A DNA stretch of 63,422 nt, filler included, from Olpidium bornovanus S191 (GCA_017911155.1; 29 parts of 29 records of this genome joined end to end with filler, not necessarily neighbours in it), one strand, 5' to 3'. Shown: positions 12,767 to 24,360, numbered from the whole stretch's first letter. Translations and numbers: made by a program. The notes: generated by a model from the letters alone, not told the origin.

Positions 12767-14929
12767 ATGTGCTGCCGCCTCGCGTGGAAGAGGACCGGCC
12801 GGGCAGTTCTCGGCGCGCTCGTCGCCGCGATGATCTTCTGCGTCTACGACATTCAGCTGCGGTGGCTCCCGGGGCCGCCGGCATCCTTTGTCCCGCCGGC
12901 GCCCTCGTCGGCCTGGTCGGACCGTGAAAGCGGCGACGCGCACCAGGCTAAAGTCGCATCCCTTGGCTACCGCGCGTTTACTCCGAAATACCTCGGCGGA
13001 TCATTCGGCCTGCAGGAGCCCGCGCGACCGCGTCTATATCCCCCAACCACCGTCACTGCCGAAGGCTCCGATCCTCGAATGCGGACAGTCGGGCCGTTCC
13101 GCAGCGGCAATGCGGCAGAAGCACAGAGTCCTTCGCCCCCTCGAGGGACGAATGTTGCTCCACCGTCCTCTCAGGCCACGTCTATGGCAGCATACCCCGC
13201 GGATCTTCAGTACAAAACCTTTAGAAGGAAACACCGGTGTTGGCGAGAGCCCTGCAGATTCCTGTTTCCGGGCGTCCTGGGCGAGCAGCTGACGAAAGCA
13301 AGCCTCCATTTCTACCAGCTTGCACTTCTCGCCCGCCGCCTCAACCGAACCATCGTGCTACCGAACGTTGCTGACAGTAGGATCGAGTCGTGCCTTTTAT
13401 ACCCGTTCACCACCTATTTCGACATCGGCGATCTTGGTGATATGGTCGAATGGATCGAGGTCACTGAATTTGTGGAGATACTTCGGGACAGGTTTCGGAA
13501 CAGGCCGTACGGCCCCGGCGATCTCCGAAAACGCCCGAACCTTCGACGTCGCGGGCTGGTAGATAGCGCGATTCCGTCTCGTGCTTTACCCGGTCCGAAA
13601 GACATCGCAACAACCGACGATCCCACGATGCTGAAATACAATTTACAGCAAAGTTTAACAAATCCGCCGTGGATAACGGCCCAATACCTTGTGTTTTCGG
13701 TGCGCTCTCTATCGCCCGAAGTCGACAGGCATCATCCGCGGGGTCTAAGGGAACTCCTGAAGTGTTACCGTGAGAAGATGATCAACCCAACCGGCGCCCC
13801 GGCCAATCCGCTGCCGTTCACGCGGCCGATGCTCAATTTCGTCCCGCCCGAGAATCGCGTCGCGGGGGAGACGGACGACACCTGGCGCTTCGCCATCCGG
13901 CCACGGCGACACGCTGACGAAGCGGAGGTGTGGGACGCCTACGCCCGTTCGGTGTTTGCGACGCTCGAGTCACTGGCTGACGTCGACGTGCTCGGGGTGC
14001 ACTACACGTGGCGGAAACCATACCTGTTTCCCTCGGTTGCGTTAACGCCGTTAAATTACAACCCAGCCCTATGGGCCCGAGCTCGCCGGGTAGTCACGAC
14101 GTACATGGCACGGCCGTTTGTCGCTGTGCACTGGCGCATGGAGACGGTTGACCCGCGCGGGATGCCCGCCTGCGCAGACACGCTGGCGCAGCATCTTCGG
14201 AAGGTGAAAAAGGATTTGCTGGAAGCGCGGAGGTCTGCGCCGTCTGCCAATTCGCCGGGGCTTTCGCCAGAGGATATCAGCGTGTTTCTTGCGAACGACC
14301 TCCCGCCGAACGAGGGCGAGCTGCTCCGTCACCGGGCGACGACGTTCGTGAACGCCAGCAGAATGTACTACGCCGCGCGGCAGAGGCTGCTGGACGTTGA
14401 GCCCGCGGTTACGACGTGGCGGGGACTGTCGGCCGAGGACCGGCGGCGGGCCGCCGAGGAGGGCCGGGTGGTACCAGACGAACCGACGGGCGAAGCACGC
14501 GGTGACACGGGCATTCTGGGCATCATCGACAAGCTCGTCTGCTCGCTGGCGGACCACTTCGTGTCCGGTCCCCCCGGCTGCTCCAAGGGTTCTTCGTTCA
14601 CCGAGCAAATAGTCGCGCTCCGCTCTGGACGCTCGCGGTGGCTGCCGCCGAGTTTTCAGGGCGCCGGGGGCCTCGACGGGAAAGACGAAGAAGAGGCAAA
14701 CGGCGGAGCCGCCCGCGTTGTCGATACGAAGCGGCGCGGCGCGCAGTTGGAAGGGCCGCTATCGAACCAGGATGGGGAGATGCCCACGCTCCGCTTCCCC
14801 GCCAACGTCTCGGACATTTGGCCCGGCCCCAGCGTCTGGTATGTCCGGCAAGTCGCAGCCGAGTACGGTGTTAGCGTCGGAGACGACGCCGCCGACTTGG
14901 GCGATTCCTCCGAGTGGCTGGGGCGATGA
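12767..14929 (+). CDS. GDP-fucose protein O-fucosyltransferase-like type II membrane glycosyltransferase (intronless)
   Basis: Long uninterrupted ORF. A likely start at MCCRLAWKRTGRAVLGALVAAMIFCVY gives a TM anchor. Motifs GEQLTKASLHFYQLALLARRLNRTIVLPNV, PFVAVHWRME, SVFLANDL and GILGIIDKLVCSLADHFVSGPPGC are typical of the O-FucT fold in early-diverging fungi. Confidence 0.8.
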   Translation: MCCRLAWKRTGRAVLGALVAAMIFCVYDIQLRWLPGPPASFVPPAPSSAWSDRESGDAHQAKVASLGYRAFTPKYLGGSFGLQEPARPRLYPPTTVTAEGSDPRMRTVGPFRSGNAAEAQSPSPPRGTNVAPPSSQATSMAAYPADLQYKTFRRKHRCWREPCRFLFPGVLGEQLTKASLHFYQLALLARRLNRTIVLPNVADSRIESCLLYPFTTYFDIGDLGDMVEWIEVTEFVEILRDRFRNRPYGPGDLRKRPNLRRRGLVDSAIPSRALPGPKDIATTDDPTMLKYNLQQSLTNPPWITAQYLVFSVRSLSPEVDRHHPRGLRELLKCYREKMINPTGAPANPLPFTRPMLNFVPPENRVAGETDDTWRFAIRPRRHADEAEVWDAYARSVFATLESLADVDVLGVHYTWRKPYLFPSVALTPLNYNPALWARARRVVTTYMARPFVAVHWRMETVDPRGMPACADTLAQHLRKVKKDLLEARRSAPSANSPGLSPEDISVFLANDLPPNEGELLRHRATTFVNASRMYYAARQRLLDVEPAVTTWRGLSAEDRRRAAEEGRVVPDEPTGEARGDTGILGIIDKLVCSLADHFVSGPPGCSKGSSFTEQIVALRSGRSRWLPPSFQGAGGLDGKDEEEANGGAARVVDTKRRGAQLEGPLSNQDGEMPTLRFPANVSDIWPGPSVWYVRQVAAEYGVSVGDDAADLGDSSEWLGR

Positions 14930-15064
14930 TGAAAGCAGGCGGAGGTTATGCCCCGGATTGGGAGAGTATCTCGAGAGTAGCTTGACTCTGCCACTTGCGT
15001 TAATCCTTTCGACTTTGCATACCCACGCACCCTCCATTTACCCAACTTTTCAAGACTAATTCAA

Positions 15065-15320
15065 TCCAATGCGACATGCACTCAGCCTATCAAACCTTCC
15101 TACGTGCCATACCCATCTCACGACACCTTACCCTGCATCCGAAAGCCTGCAAACCGCGAGTCGTTTACAACGTTTTAAACTCTAATTTATTGGCGTGAAT
15201 TGATCTAACGCGACATGCACGCAGTCAATCAAGCCGTCTTATGTGACGTACCCCATCTCGCAACGACTACCTTGGATTCCGACAGTTGTACACACGAGTC
15301 TCTACAACGGCTTAGGGTCT
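15065..15320 (+). repeat. Degenerate direct duplication (about 120-bp copies, 139-bp period)
   Basis: tccaatgcgacatgcactcagcctatcaaaccttcctacgtg (15065) aligns with tctaacgcgacatgcacgcagtcaatcaagccgtcttatgtg (15204). Similarity continues to tacaacg in both copies. Confidence 0.75.
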
Positions 15321-15434
15321 GTGGAGAAAAGCCGNNNNNNNNNNNNNNNNNNNNNNNNNNNNNNNNNNNNNNNNNNNNTTAATTAATTAANNNNNNNNNN
15401 NNNNNNNNNNNNNNNNNNNNNNNNNNNNNNNNNN

Positions 15435-16368
15435 AAGTCGGCGAGAAAAGAAAGGTGGGTCAGATTCGGCACAGGATGCAGATCGAACCCGAGCGCCGCC
15501 ACCAGGGGTAGGTCAACGTACCATTACGCTTTGCCGGATGCCGAAGTCGAGCATGGCGCAGGAGTCGGCTACGGCGGGCAAGGGATTGACGATGGCGATG
15601 ATTAAAGAAGCGACGGATAACATTCGCGGAGCCGTCAAGATAATCTGGCCGATGGGTCTGCCGGAGTACGAGACCGTGAGGAAAATCCTCGACGGCGCGG
15701 AAGACCTGACCGGCACCTCGGTGTGTGCTCCACTCCCGTGGCCGCTTAAACCGGTGTTATTCTTACGTGTCCCAGTCACGTTCCTGGTTCTCGCCTGTCC
15801 TTTTCATGACATGTTTTTTTTTTGCCGCGTCCCAGCATGCTTCTGCGGTCATGCCGCCCGATTCGTGTCCTTGGTGGGCCGGAAAGGAAATCCTGCGCGG
15901 AAAGACCTTGAAGGACTACGCTGGTCCGAACAAAAAGACCAGAATTATAGCCAAGCTGGTTCACGTCAGTTCCTCCTTCGTCGTTACGAGCTAGAAATTC
16001 TCGCCCTCCTGTTTTTGGCCTGAGCCAACGCCAGAATCTGCAGAAAGGCGCCGGCGCCCCGGTCCCGAGAACCCAATGAGCGAGAAAGCCCAGAAGGAGA
16101 TGATGGCGTACTACTTCAGAAAACAGGAAGAGCACAAGGTACTCGCGGAAACCCGTTCCATTTTTTTTTTGTACCGTTCTCCCTCATCCCCTCATCCCTT
16201 CGGTGAGCGGTCCGAAAAAACTAAGAGCAATTGACTTTTCCGCCGGGCATTGCCGCCGTTTCAGAAATTGGAGGAGAACGATGAGGACGACTACTTAAAC
16301 TCCCCGTGGGCAAACCCGAAGGCCTGAAAGCGAACGGCGTCAGGAACGTGTCGTGGCGTCCGACTTGA
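15435..16368 (+). pseudogene. CFAP298: CFAP298 (C21orf59/Kurly/FBB18) homolog with two apparent frameshifts (pseudogene or assembly errors)
   Basis: GLTMAMIKEATDNIRGAVKIIWPMGLPEYE...EDLTGT | WWAGKEILRGKTLKDY...KTRIIAKL | KGAGAPV / MSEKAQKEMMAYYFRKQEEHK | KLEENDEDDYLNSPWANP / GVRNVSWRPT*. Frame breaks and in-frame TGA codons occur at 16077-16079 and 16325-16327. Confidence 0.85.
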
Positions 16369-17088
16369 TGTCTATGAAAAACCTCGATCCTGCTGCCTAT
16401 GGTGCCTGGTCACAACAGTTAGTTTAAAACCAATGGCGTGTTCAATTATTGTACGTGTTCCCTTATCAACCCGTTTCCGCGCTGTGCTGTACTTGAACGC
16501 AGAACCGTTCGTCTGGACGCGTGGGTATCTGCAAAACCCTGTTCCGGCTGTTTGGAGTGCGGGGAAGTATCAGAAAACGGTCGGAGCGAGAGTTTAGAAA
16601 ACACCATGTTTTGGGTGTCAACGTTTTCGCAAGGTACGCTCACGCGGGTGCCCGATCACATTCCAGATAAGCGAGTGCACCGGGATGCTGCCCTAAGGAC
16701 GTGAGCTCGCCCAAGGCTAAAAAAAAAGGAACGTCGCTGGCCATATCCGCACTCATGNNNNNNNNNNNNNNNNNNNNNNNNNNNNNNNNNNNNNNNNNNN
16801 NTTAATTAATTAANNNNNNNNNNNNNNNNNNNNNNNNNNNNNNNNNNNNNNNNNNNNCATGAAAAATGCCGGGAAGATCCTTGGCACTTCGATTGGGAAG
16901 TTCTGCTGTGGAATGCCTTCTGGGGCGGCACGTGATCTTGTGTGCACCAACCTCAATGCGCAATGGTGGTTTGAGAGAAAGCAAAGCCAAAATTGAAGAA
17001 ATCTGCACCCCTTTGCCTTCCTCCCTTGCGAAAATAAAACGGGAACAAAAAAAGAAAAATCACTAAAGGGAAAAAAAACGGGAAAGCC

Positions 17089-18665
17089 ATGAGCGCCGGA
17101 GACGCCCCCAGCTTCTCCATCGCGAGGGACTTCGTGTCCCAGGAGCAGTGAGTCCTTTCCCCTCCCCCTTTTGCACGCGCGCGCGCGTGCCTGCCCGCCT
17201 GAATTTCCTCCGACACGGGCGCCCGTCGGCAAGACCGGCAGATCCTCCCGGCCGGTTTTCGTTGACACGTCTCCTCCCCGCCCCCGTCGGACGTCGGAAA
17301 ATCCCCTCTGGCAGGATCGACGAAGCTCGGAGAACGAGGCAAGAGGAATGGGAGAAGGCGTACGCGTCCGGGGCAACTGGTAAGCCCGACGGAGCACCGC
17401 CGCCTCGGCGAGCGGTCAGCCTCCGGGGCGGAAGGATGCGGGACTGGGAGAGAGGGTGTGGGAGGAAATTTGCGGAAGTGCCGCGAAGAAGTGTGTCGTC
17501 GGTTCGCTCTCCTGGGAGAGGGGCCCCGGGGAAAGCTTAGAGTTCGCCACGCCGTGGTCTGCGTCCTGTGCTTTGCGCGGGTCCCCTGACGCTGTTGAAG
17601 ATAAACAGGCGCCCCCGGAGGAAGAATATGATCCCCGGACACTGTACGAGAAGATCGCGGCCAACAAGCAGGTAGTTATTTCCCCGGGCGTTTTGCCCAC
17701 AAGACCGTCTAGACCTTTTTTCACAATGCGCGGATTTTTGCTGACTTCCGCCGCCTGCACCGTGTTGGGATAGAAAAAGGAAGATGAATTCGCTGAAGCA
17801 ACGCGCCTGAGTACGGAAGAAAGTGGCCACGCCGCGACGTCAGACGGCTGCGCTTCAATTATTCGTCGGCTTCTGAGCGAAGACTACTGTTTTGAAATTG
17901 GTTTACAGGCAACCTCATCCACAGGATCGACGAGGACGAAATGGATTTCCTCACCACCCTCGAAACGTTTGAGGCGCAGAAACGGAAGGAAAAGGTGGAG
18001 GAGGAGAAGGAGGAGTTGACCGAGTACAGAAGGTAGCGGAGAAAGTTTTGTGGGAAACAGTACGGATGTCAGTGTTCCCACTGGCTGCCCCTCCGCCTTT
18101 GCAGATCGCCTAACCGCCCTGTCTCCCGTGAACCTTCTGAAGGGCGCAGGCCGCGCTGAACACTCCGGAACCTCCGACCGTCGCTATCGCGAGCTCTGGC
18201 GTCGTCCCGCCTGGAACCGTGCCGGCGTCAGCGCGCCCCTTCATCCGGCGGAAACCTAACGTGCAGAAAGCTGTGATGACGTCCGGTGTCATCCTGAACA
18301 AGTTGAAACGGAAGACGTCGGCGTCACCTGACGGGCCGGCCGCCGAGAACAGAGTTACCGAGAAGGGCGAACAGCAACAGCAAGCCCCGTCTTCGACGCG
18401 GACAGGGCAGAAGCGGAGGAATGGCGTCGGCAGCGCCGGTGGCGTCGGCAGCGCCGGTGGCGTCGGGGAGGAAGGCAAAAGCGAAGAAAAAAAGCCCGGG
18501 CCGAAAGCGGGGAAGGGAACGGGAGAACGACCGTTGCCAACGAGAAAGAAGCACAAAGTCTCTGGGAAAAGGTCGCAACCCGCGTCGTCAGATCAGGCGG
18601 GGCCGTCCGTCGGCATCGCCTTGGTCAACTACGACGACGACGACAGCGACGAAGATGACGAGTAG
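17089..18665 (+). CDS. PSME3IP1: FAM192A/NIP30/PSME3IP1 family protein
   Basis: Spliced product MSAGDAPSFSIARDFVSQEQ | IDEARRTRQEEWEKAY | APPEEEYDPRTLYEKIAANKQ | KKEDEFAEATRL | NLIHRIDEDEMDFL...EELTEYR, with the family-typical C-terminus ALVNYDDDDSDEDDE*. Confidence 0.9.
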
Positions 18666-19827
18666 CCGCTCTGGAACCACTCGCCTCCAATCGGGGGTTT
18701 TTTCTCTCCTGACCTTGCCCGTCACACACGTCGAAAATGTGCTCGGTATTCTGGGGCTCTCCACGGATGTAGCGGGCAGCTGGTCGTGTATGTATATCTC
18801 GGCCGTGTTGGTCGTTGCGCAAAGCTGCGTTCGACCAGCGGTGCGGGTTAAAGTGGGGAAAAACAACACTGTCACCTTAAACAACCCAATGACATGNNNN
18901 NNNNNNNNNNNNNNNNNNNNNNNNNNNNNNNNNNNNNNNNTTAATTAATTAANNNNNNNNNNNNNNNNNNNNNNNNNNNNNNNNNNNNNNNNNNNNCGCG
19001 TGGGGGCGGCCCCCCCCCCCCCCCCCGCGTCCGCCCGTTCGCCCGCCCTCTCCCCTTTCTGCCCTCCATCCCTCCGGTCCCCTTCCCGCACCGCTCGACG
19101 TCCGCGACATTCCCGCCCGGACAGCCGTCGGTCAGGTCAGCGTCGGCGGCCGCAGTTACCGTCGTTACGCTCCACCAGCCCCCTGTCCCCTCTGCGGTTG
19201 GTTGGGATCTTGTGGAGCGGAGAGGAGAGAAAGTGGGCGCGCGCCGAAGCCAGCGGCCGCCGTGTGCGCCACAGGGCTGCGCAGATTCACCCTTTATTTG
19301 CACTACATTTTAATTATTTTTTGGCCTTGCGGACGAGTAAGGCACAACAAACCGCGAATTAAACTGTCGGACTGGAAATCCCTTCACCGCAGGTAAATGC
19401 GCGCAAGGGCGCACCACCCCACCCGCGCGCACAATTTGCATCAAACGGTTCGCCGCTTTTTCTCCAAAATCGGATTGACTTCGCGGAAAAAGAAGCGTTC
19501 AGAGGGCGCGCGCACGGCGGGACGTTGTATATACGGAGTGTCAAGGATTAAACACCACGGCCAAATCAATTAAACATCAGGAGGGCCGGCGCCGAACGAT
19601 ATTAGTTACCGACAGAAAAAAAAAATCCGGACGGATATTCAGATACGGGAATAAGGGAGAGCGGGTATAACGGACCGCCTTTTTCGATCAGCCTGACAGG
19701 TCTCTCACGCCTTGCGTTTAATGGGGGTTTGATCGGGGCAGTCGCGCGTTTTGGGGCGTCAAAAACCAGGCCGTCTGCGGGAAGCGTATGACGCGACCCG
19801 TACCATCCAGCGCACTGGTAGGAATTT

Positions 19828-20056
19828 TCAAAAAAGCGGAGGACCTACCGGGACGGTAATATATTCTGTGGCTCTCATCTTTAGTTTGACCTCCTGTTTT
19901 CGCCTGCTGGCCTTGCGCACTCGGAACATCCGGCGGCATTTGAAGTACAGCGGGAGAGCGACCACGCAGAGGATGATGACTCCAGCCGCGGCCGAGAAGT
20001 TGATCAGCCCTGTCTGCACGTCTTCGTCCTGTGGCAGATCGCGAAAGTAGTCAACA
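19828..20056 (-). CDS. Exon fragment of a single-pass membrane protein
   Basis: After a cccag acceptor: DYFRDLPQDEDVQTGLINFSAAAGVIILCVVALPLYFKCRRMFRVRKASRRKQ, a hydrophobic helix followed by a basic stop-transfer run. Family unknown. Confidence 0.4.
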
Positions 20057-20125
20057 CTGGGAGGAAAATCACAAAAAACCGCACGCCGTTGCGAACCCCA
20101 AACCCCTTCCACCCCCCTCCCTCCC

Positions 20126-20160
<35 letters not shown>

Positions 20161-20356
20161 ACCCCCCCCCCCCCCCCCCCCCCCCCCCGCCCCTCCTCCC
20201 ACAAAACGTGTCGACCGGCCATTTTCTCGTACGGACATGGATTATTTTGCCCGACGNNNNNNNNNNNNNNNNNNNNNNNNNNNNNNNNNNNNNNNNNNNN
20301 TTAATTAATTAANNNNNNNNNNNNNNNNNNNNNNNNNNNNNNNNNNNNNNNNNNNN

Positions 20357-21197
20357 CATGAAGAACGTCCAGTACTCGTGTTCCCTGCTCTGGAGCTCTA
20401 GGCGCACGGTGAAACGGCGCGTGTACACCAGAACAATCGTGCGACCCCATCCGGAATCGGGCACGCAAAAATATGAGCGGCGATGGGACCAGTCGGCAAA
20501 GGCTGTTTGCTTGACTGACAGCGTGGGCATACCGGCTGATATTCCGACAAGGATAGACGTGAACAATATGAGGAAAAGGACAAAATTCTGGAAGTACGGA
20601 GCTGAATTCAGGAACGGGGGCATTGAAAATTGTTAGCTGCGTCATGTCCCCGCGGATAATCTACCAAGCAGCGGGACGTCAGGGCAGGAGGCGCCGTCCT
20701 TTTCGACACCTGCCTTCTACTACCCACGCTGCCCAAGCGCCAATGGGAAGGTTATGTATGTTCTTTGCCCTGGTGAGGCGCCGGTCGATTTTTGCCTCTC
20801 CTTCCAGAGTCTGGGTACGCCTGAATACGGTAAACTTGATCAATTGATTCGGCCCATCGGCGAAGATTCGTCGCAATAGTTTTTCATCTGTGAAGACAGA
20901 CGAACCGGCAGGCCAGTGCTCGATTAGAGGCTGACTCCCCCGATGGATTCCAGAAAAACAAAAAAAAATGAAGTGAAAGCTTGATCCTCGCCTGTCTTTG
21001 CACCACGAATGCCTGAACGCCGTACCTCTCAGATCTCTGCTCGTGTACGCTGGTGCCTGTGCGCTGGACGTGTCGCCTATGTTATCGAGTACCTGAAATT
21101 CCTCGATGAGCTGATTGCGAAATATTGACGTTCGCGAGGAAAGGTCGTGGAACGCGCTGTTGTAATCTGCGGCTTCCGCTGTGCGCTGCGAAGACAT
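20357..21197 (-). CDS. Spliced hypothetical protein (3' truncated)
   Basis: MSSQRTAEAADYNSAFHDLSSRTSIFRNQLIEEFQVLDNIG...PLIEHWPAGSSVFTDEKLLRRIFADG...NLPIGAWAAWVVEG has protein-like composition and GT-AG signals. No family recognised. Confidence 0.5.
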
Positions 21198-21669
21198 GGC
21201 CGCGGAGTCTGACGCCCGAGAGCTTATCGACAGCCCCGAATCGACGGAGAATGTAGACTGCATATTGCGTATGTTTCTGCGGTAAAATGGGTCGATGATC
21301 TTTTTTTTTTGTTTTGGTACTTCCTGCTTGAACCTTAATGCCTCGAATTGGCAGCCGCCGTTTCTTCCCCCCGCTTTCGTTCACGAGTCAGGGTCGGCGT
21401 GACCGGCCGCTCGGGTTCGACGTGCGGCGGGATTCTAATCAGAGGGACCCCGTTGGGTTTCTGCTCGCGAACCGCAGACGCGTTGCTGCGGCTCCGCTCT
21501 CCAGGCGATATCCGGAATCCTCTACTTTACAGCGACAGCGAAGGAAGCTGGCCGGCTGCCGCCCGGGTCTGCTTTTTTGCGCCGCTTTTTCTTTCCGCGT
21601 CCTGCTCGTCCGGGACGTGCCAATTCGGACCTCTCCAACGAATTTGTCAATACTTGTGTGCGTGCGTGC

Positions 21670-21672
<3 letters not shown>

Positions 21673-21709
<37 letters not shown>
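21673..21709 (+). repeat. (TG)n microsatellite
   Basis: About 18 perfect TG units with flanking TGCG/TG variants. Confidence 0.95.
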
Positions 21710-21712
<3 letters not shown>

Positions 21713-23169
21713 CGTGTGTGTGTGCCGTGGGCCTTTTTGTGCCCGCGTGCGCGCGCGTGTGAACGTGGCTTGGCTACTTTGACGAAACCCGGGCGAAAAG
21801 AAATACGCGCCACCCCGACGTCGATGGGCACGCAAGTTTACGAAGAACCGCCTGGTGGAGAACTGCATTGCATTGCATTGCGTTGCATTGCGTGCCTCCA
21901 CAAAAAACAACCGGCTGCGCGCGAGAGGTGGAGAAAGCTCAGCAGAGCCGAAATGGTGCGGGGACCACGCGGATTACGTGGCCCGACGGAAAACGGAGCC
22001 TCAGTCGGAGCGAGCGCNNNNNNNNNNNNNNNNNNNNNNNNNNNNNNNNNNNNNNNNNNNNTTAATTAATTAANNNNNNNNNNNNNNNNNNNNNNNNNNN
22101 NNNNNNNNNNNNNNNNNCCCCCCCTCCAACCGGCGGGTTCAAGTTCTGACCGCCGACGGGAGGAGAGGAGGGGAGCGAGGGGCTGGCTGCGCACCATTTC
22201 CTGCCCGCTTGCTTCGGAACGCCGGGAAGCGCGTTAGGTTCTGGTCTGCGGGGGAAAGGGGGAAAGGGGGGGGGGGGGGGGGGGGAGGGGGGGGGGGGGG
22301 GGGGGGGGGGAGTGCGACAGGCCGCGTTCAGACAGGGCGACGCCCGCTTTTGGCCCGCCCCCAATGGCAGGCCGGCACGCCGGCGACGGCGCAGAGGAGC
22401 GCGCAACCCACGTTGCACCGCGATTCGGCTTCCGCGTCGGGCAGCAGTCGGCGACCGCGGTCACGCTCGGCACCGGCGTCTGCCCCGTCAGGAACGCCAC
22501 CTGGTCGAGCAGGGAACCCGCCAGCTCGGCGGCTTCCTCCGGGAAGAGACAACAACTGGCTGCCGCTGCGGCGGCGGCGGCCATTTGGGTTTTTCGGGAG
22601 CCACGCGGGCGTTTTCCGCGGTCTCGCTCCGAGACTGACTCCCTTTTGGGATCAGGGTGCGGGGCCATTAACGGGACCAGAAAACCGGGGTCAGCGGGAA
22701 ATATAGGCGGGGCTTGGGGGCGCCGGTGACCAACGCACACACTCACACGCACAAACAAACAAACAAAAAAAAACCACGCGGGCGCGCGAGTCTGGACCGG
22801 AACACAGGGCAGCGCGTGCCGAGCGCTCAAAAGCTTCGTGGTGCACATCTGGAACGCTCTCTCTGCGGCGGACAGACAGTGGGAATGTGGCAGAGCACAG
22901 TCCGAGGTTGCGCTTCCCGCGAAACCGAGATAAGGGTTAGGTGAATAATGGTCCATGTGACAATGAACAGAAAAAGGCGAACGACTAAAAGATTCACACA
23001 ATCCACCTGGAAAAATTCTGGGGATTTGGGCAGACCATTTCGAGTTGGCCCAAGAGTTCTGCAAGAAAGCGTTGTGTCCAGGTTCCAGCAAAATGCCGTT
23101 TGATCCAGTAAAAACCCACCTCGGCCCCCGGCAGACCGCCAAGAAAACGAGCGCGAGCTCGCGGCAACG

Positions 23170-24208
23170 GCGCAGTCATACTTTGGCGCTGAACCCGTAT
23201 CATACGCGGGAAGCGACGACCGGGCCGGAAGCAGAACAATGGCGAGCAGCGAAGCAAACGGAAATCGACATTATGGCAAGGCTTCCCAGCATGGGAGCTG
23301 GTCACGGGGCCCCGAGATAGAGAAGTATTGCAAAAGAACGGGTGTACAAGCGAAAGATGAAAACATGACGGAACCATCAACAAGTACTGCGCCAGGTTCG
23401 TAACACGAGGAATTACTGTTACCCAAGGGGATAAATTACCAAGACGCCTTCCCACCCGTGGTGTCGGCAACGGCATTGAGAGTCATAATCGCCGTCGCTA
23501 CAAGAAACGGATGGAGCATACGTCAACGGGATGTTGTCCTGGCTTATCTCCATGAAGAGCTGGAATGTCAATTTATACATGGAACAACCCAAAGATTTCA
23601 AGACTGGAAACCAAAGTTTGCAAGCTCATCCGGGCGTCGTATGGGCTGAAAAAAAAAACGCAGCAGGGGCTTGGACCATTGCCTGCATCAAGAATTTGAC
23701 CCACCTCGGTTTAAAATCGTTGTCAACCGAGCCCTGTGCGTGCGTGCTCAAGGGACGTCAGGGACGGCCGTTCTGTACCGACGGGTCACACGGTATCCCG
23801 GGCGTTCGAACGAGACAGAAACGCGTCGCGACGGTTCGTCCCGCGACGCAGGTTGATCGTAACGGCGGCACACAGGAAACGTTCCTGCGGATCCGCTCGA
23901 TTCTCAGGGCAAACAGACGAAAAAAAAAAAAAAAACAAAACCGGCCGTCCTAAGAGGCGACGAAAAGCCGCAACGTGACAACGATTAAGCCGCGGAGCTG
24001 ACGACGAAGGACGTCAGGATGTCAAAAAGAACCACGCGCATTGACATAACGGCGTCATTCGCCTTCGTCAACGCGCCGCCCTGGAGAAGCAATCACCGTC
24101 AGAAATAGTCGCGTCCGCAATATCAACGCGGCGGACGTCTTCGCTAAACCTCTGGACAGAGCCTAAGTTCACCAAGTTCGGGGAGAGATGCTCGGGATAA
24201 CGCGTTGA
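23170..24208 (+). mobile_element. Degenerate, internally deleted Ty1/copia pol remnant (RT + RNase H)
   Basis: Frameshifted fragments EATTGPEAEQWRAAKQTEID, KHDGTINKYCARFVTRG, LRVIIAVATRNGWSIRQRDVVLAYLHEEL, YMEQPKDF and LGLKSLSTEPC match RVT_2. SKRTTRIDI and NAADVFAKPL...EMLG match copia RNase H (SKRTKHIDI, ADIFTKPL). The YVDD region is absent. Confidence 0.9.
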
Positions 24209-24319
24209 CGATCCGAGTTCACACGTCGGACCGCCCGGGATGAAGAAGCCGCAGAGGGGAGAAGAAAGGGCGGAAACGGTGATATAGAGTAACCGCGGGC
24301 ATTGCGGGGCGCGCAGCGA

Positions 24320-24360
<41 letters not shown>

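Noticed and set aside
20113-20190. Long poly-C/poly-G runs (also about 22265, 24322, 28490, 29105, 30000, 30440-30520, 53240, 57060, 61245) as G-quadruplex elements or polyproline/polyglycine ORFs
   Set aside because: They cluster at contig ends and in low-complexity flanks. They are likely assembly breakpoints or sequencing artefacts and their lengths are unreliable.
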